Assembly (NCBI GenBank): GCA_951406725.2
Contig: OX597829.1
Location: 50,406,001-50,470,000, forward strand
Reading direction: 5' to 3'
Source of the DNA: Octopus vulgaris
Lineage: Eukaryota
DNA: 64,000 bases
The position numbers and the translations under genes were made by a program. Numbering within the stretch: position 1 is the first letter of the stretch; each line of letters begins with the position of its first letter. Of the stretch, positions 63,577 through 64,000 are shown one piece after another. The notes beneath the pieces were generated by a model. That model was not told the DNA's origin. It worked only from the letters and a program-made list of their open reading frames with translations, and made no database searches.

Positions 63577-64000
63577 TATAATGATGATAAGAAGTGACAA
63601 CAAAAGAATGAGACCTCAATATTAGAGAAATAGAAGATTATTTATATATGTTATAATTTAGAAAAAAGTGTAAAAGGTTGTCATTATAATACTCTGAGTT
63701 TCGAATGTTGGCGTGAAGAGCTACAATGCATTCTTGTTGGCGATTAATGGCAACAGATGCTATGAAAATCCGTTGAATACAAGGGAAGTTACTCTAATAG
63801 GTAGAAAAAGATAAAAAATACATGCAACCATATTCTCACAATACATTGACATAAATCTCCTGCATTCATAACAGCTACATACGTACGCACTCACACAAAC
63901 ATGTATACATACATGCACATACACACACATATATGTGGATGTACTTACTCATACATACACATATCCACACACACACACATATATTTATGTATGCATATAT

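Noticed and set aside
63690-63742. Additional hammerhead-like remnants (also ~2345-2380 and ~26150-26200, minus strand)
   Set aside because: The core or stems are too degenerate to call.

Overview
Repeat-saturated, AT-rich eukaryotic DNA. The SINE/LINE repertoire and microsatellite density suggest a cephalopod, probably Octopus (inference, not a database match). Only one host protein-coding exon is supportable: the first coding exon of a DHRS3/SDR16C-like short-chain dehydrogenase (35232-35456, +). No second exon was recognised, so the rest of the window to its right is probably intron 1. The remainder is mobile DNA and tandem repeats: tRNA-derived SINEs of three types, many 3' fragments plus one decayed near-full-length RTE LINE, an R4/Dong-type fragment, L1/Tx1-type pieces, Penelope-like (PLE) remnants, non-autonomous Helitrons, a deleted mariner and several MITEs. 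Most notable: (1) a TSD-bounded, ORF1-only 'half-LINE' nested in a mariner nested in a MITE, sharing its 3' tail with a LINE and a SINE family; (2) several minimal hammerhead-ribozyme folds, two carrying the U3-A8 core variant with covarying stems; (3) a ~10.7 kb 93-bp satellite grown from the 3' tail of one SINE copy; (4) a five-unit head-to-tail Helitron array; (5) a 26-bp minisatellite with an ordered 5-nt variable segment. Boundaries of decayed repeats were read by eye and are approximate.
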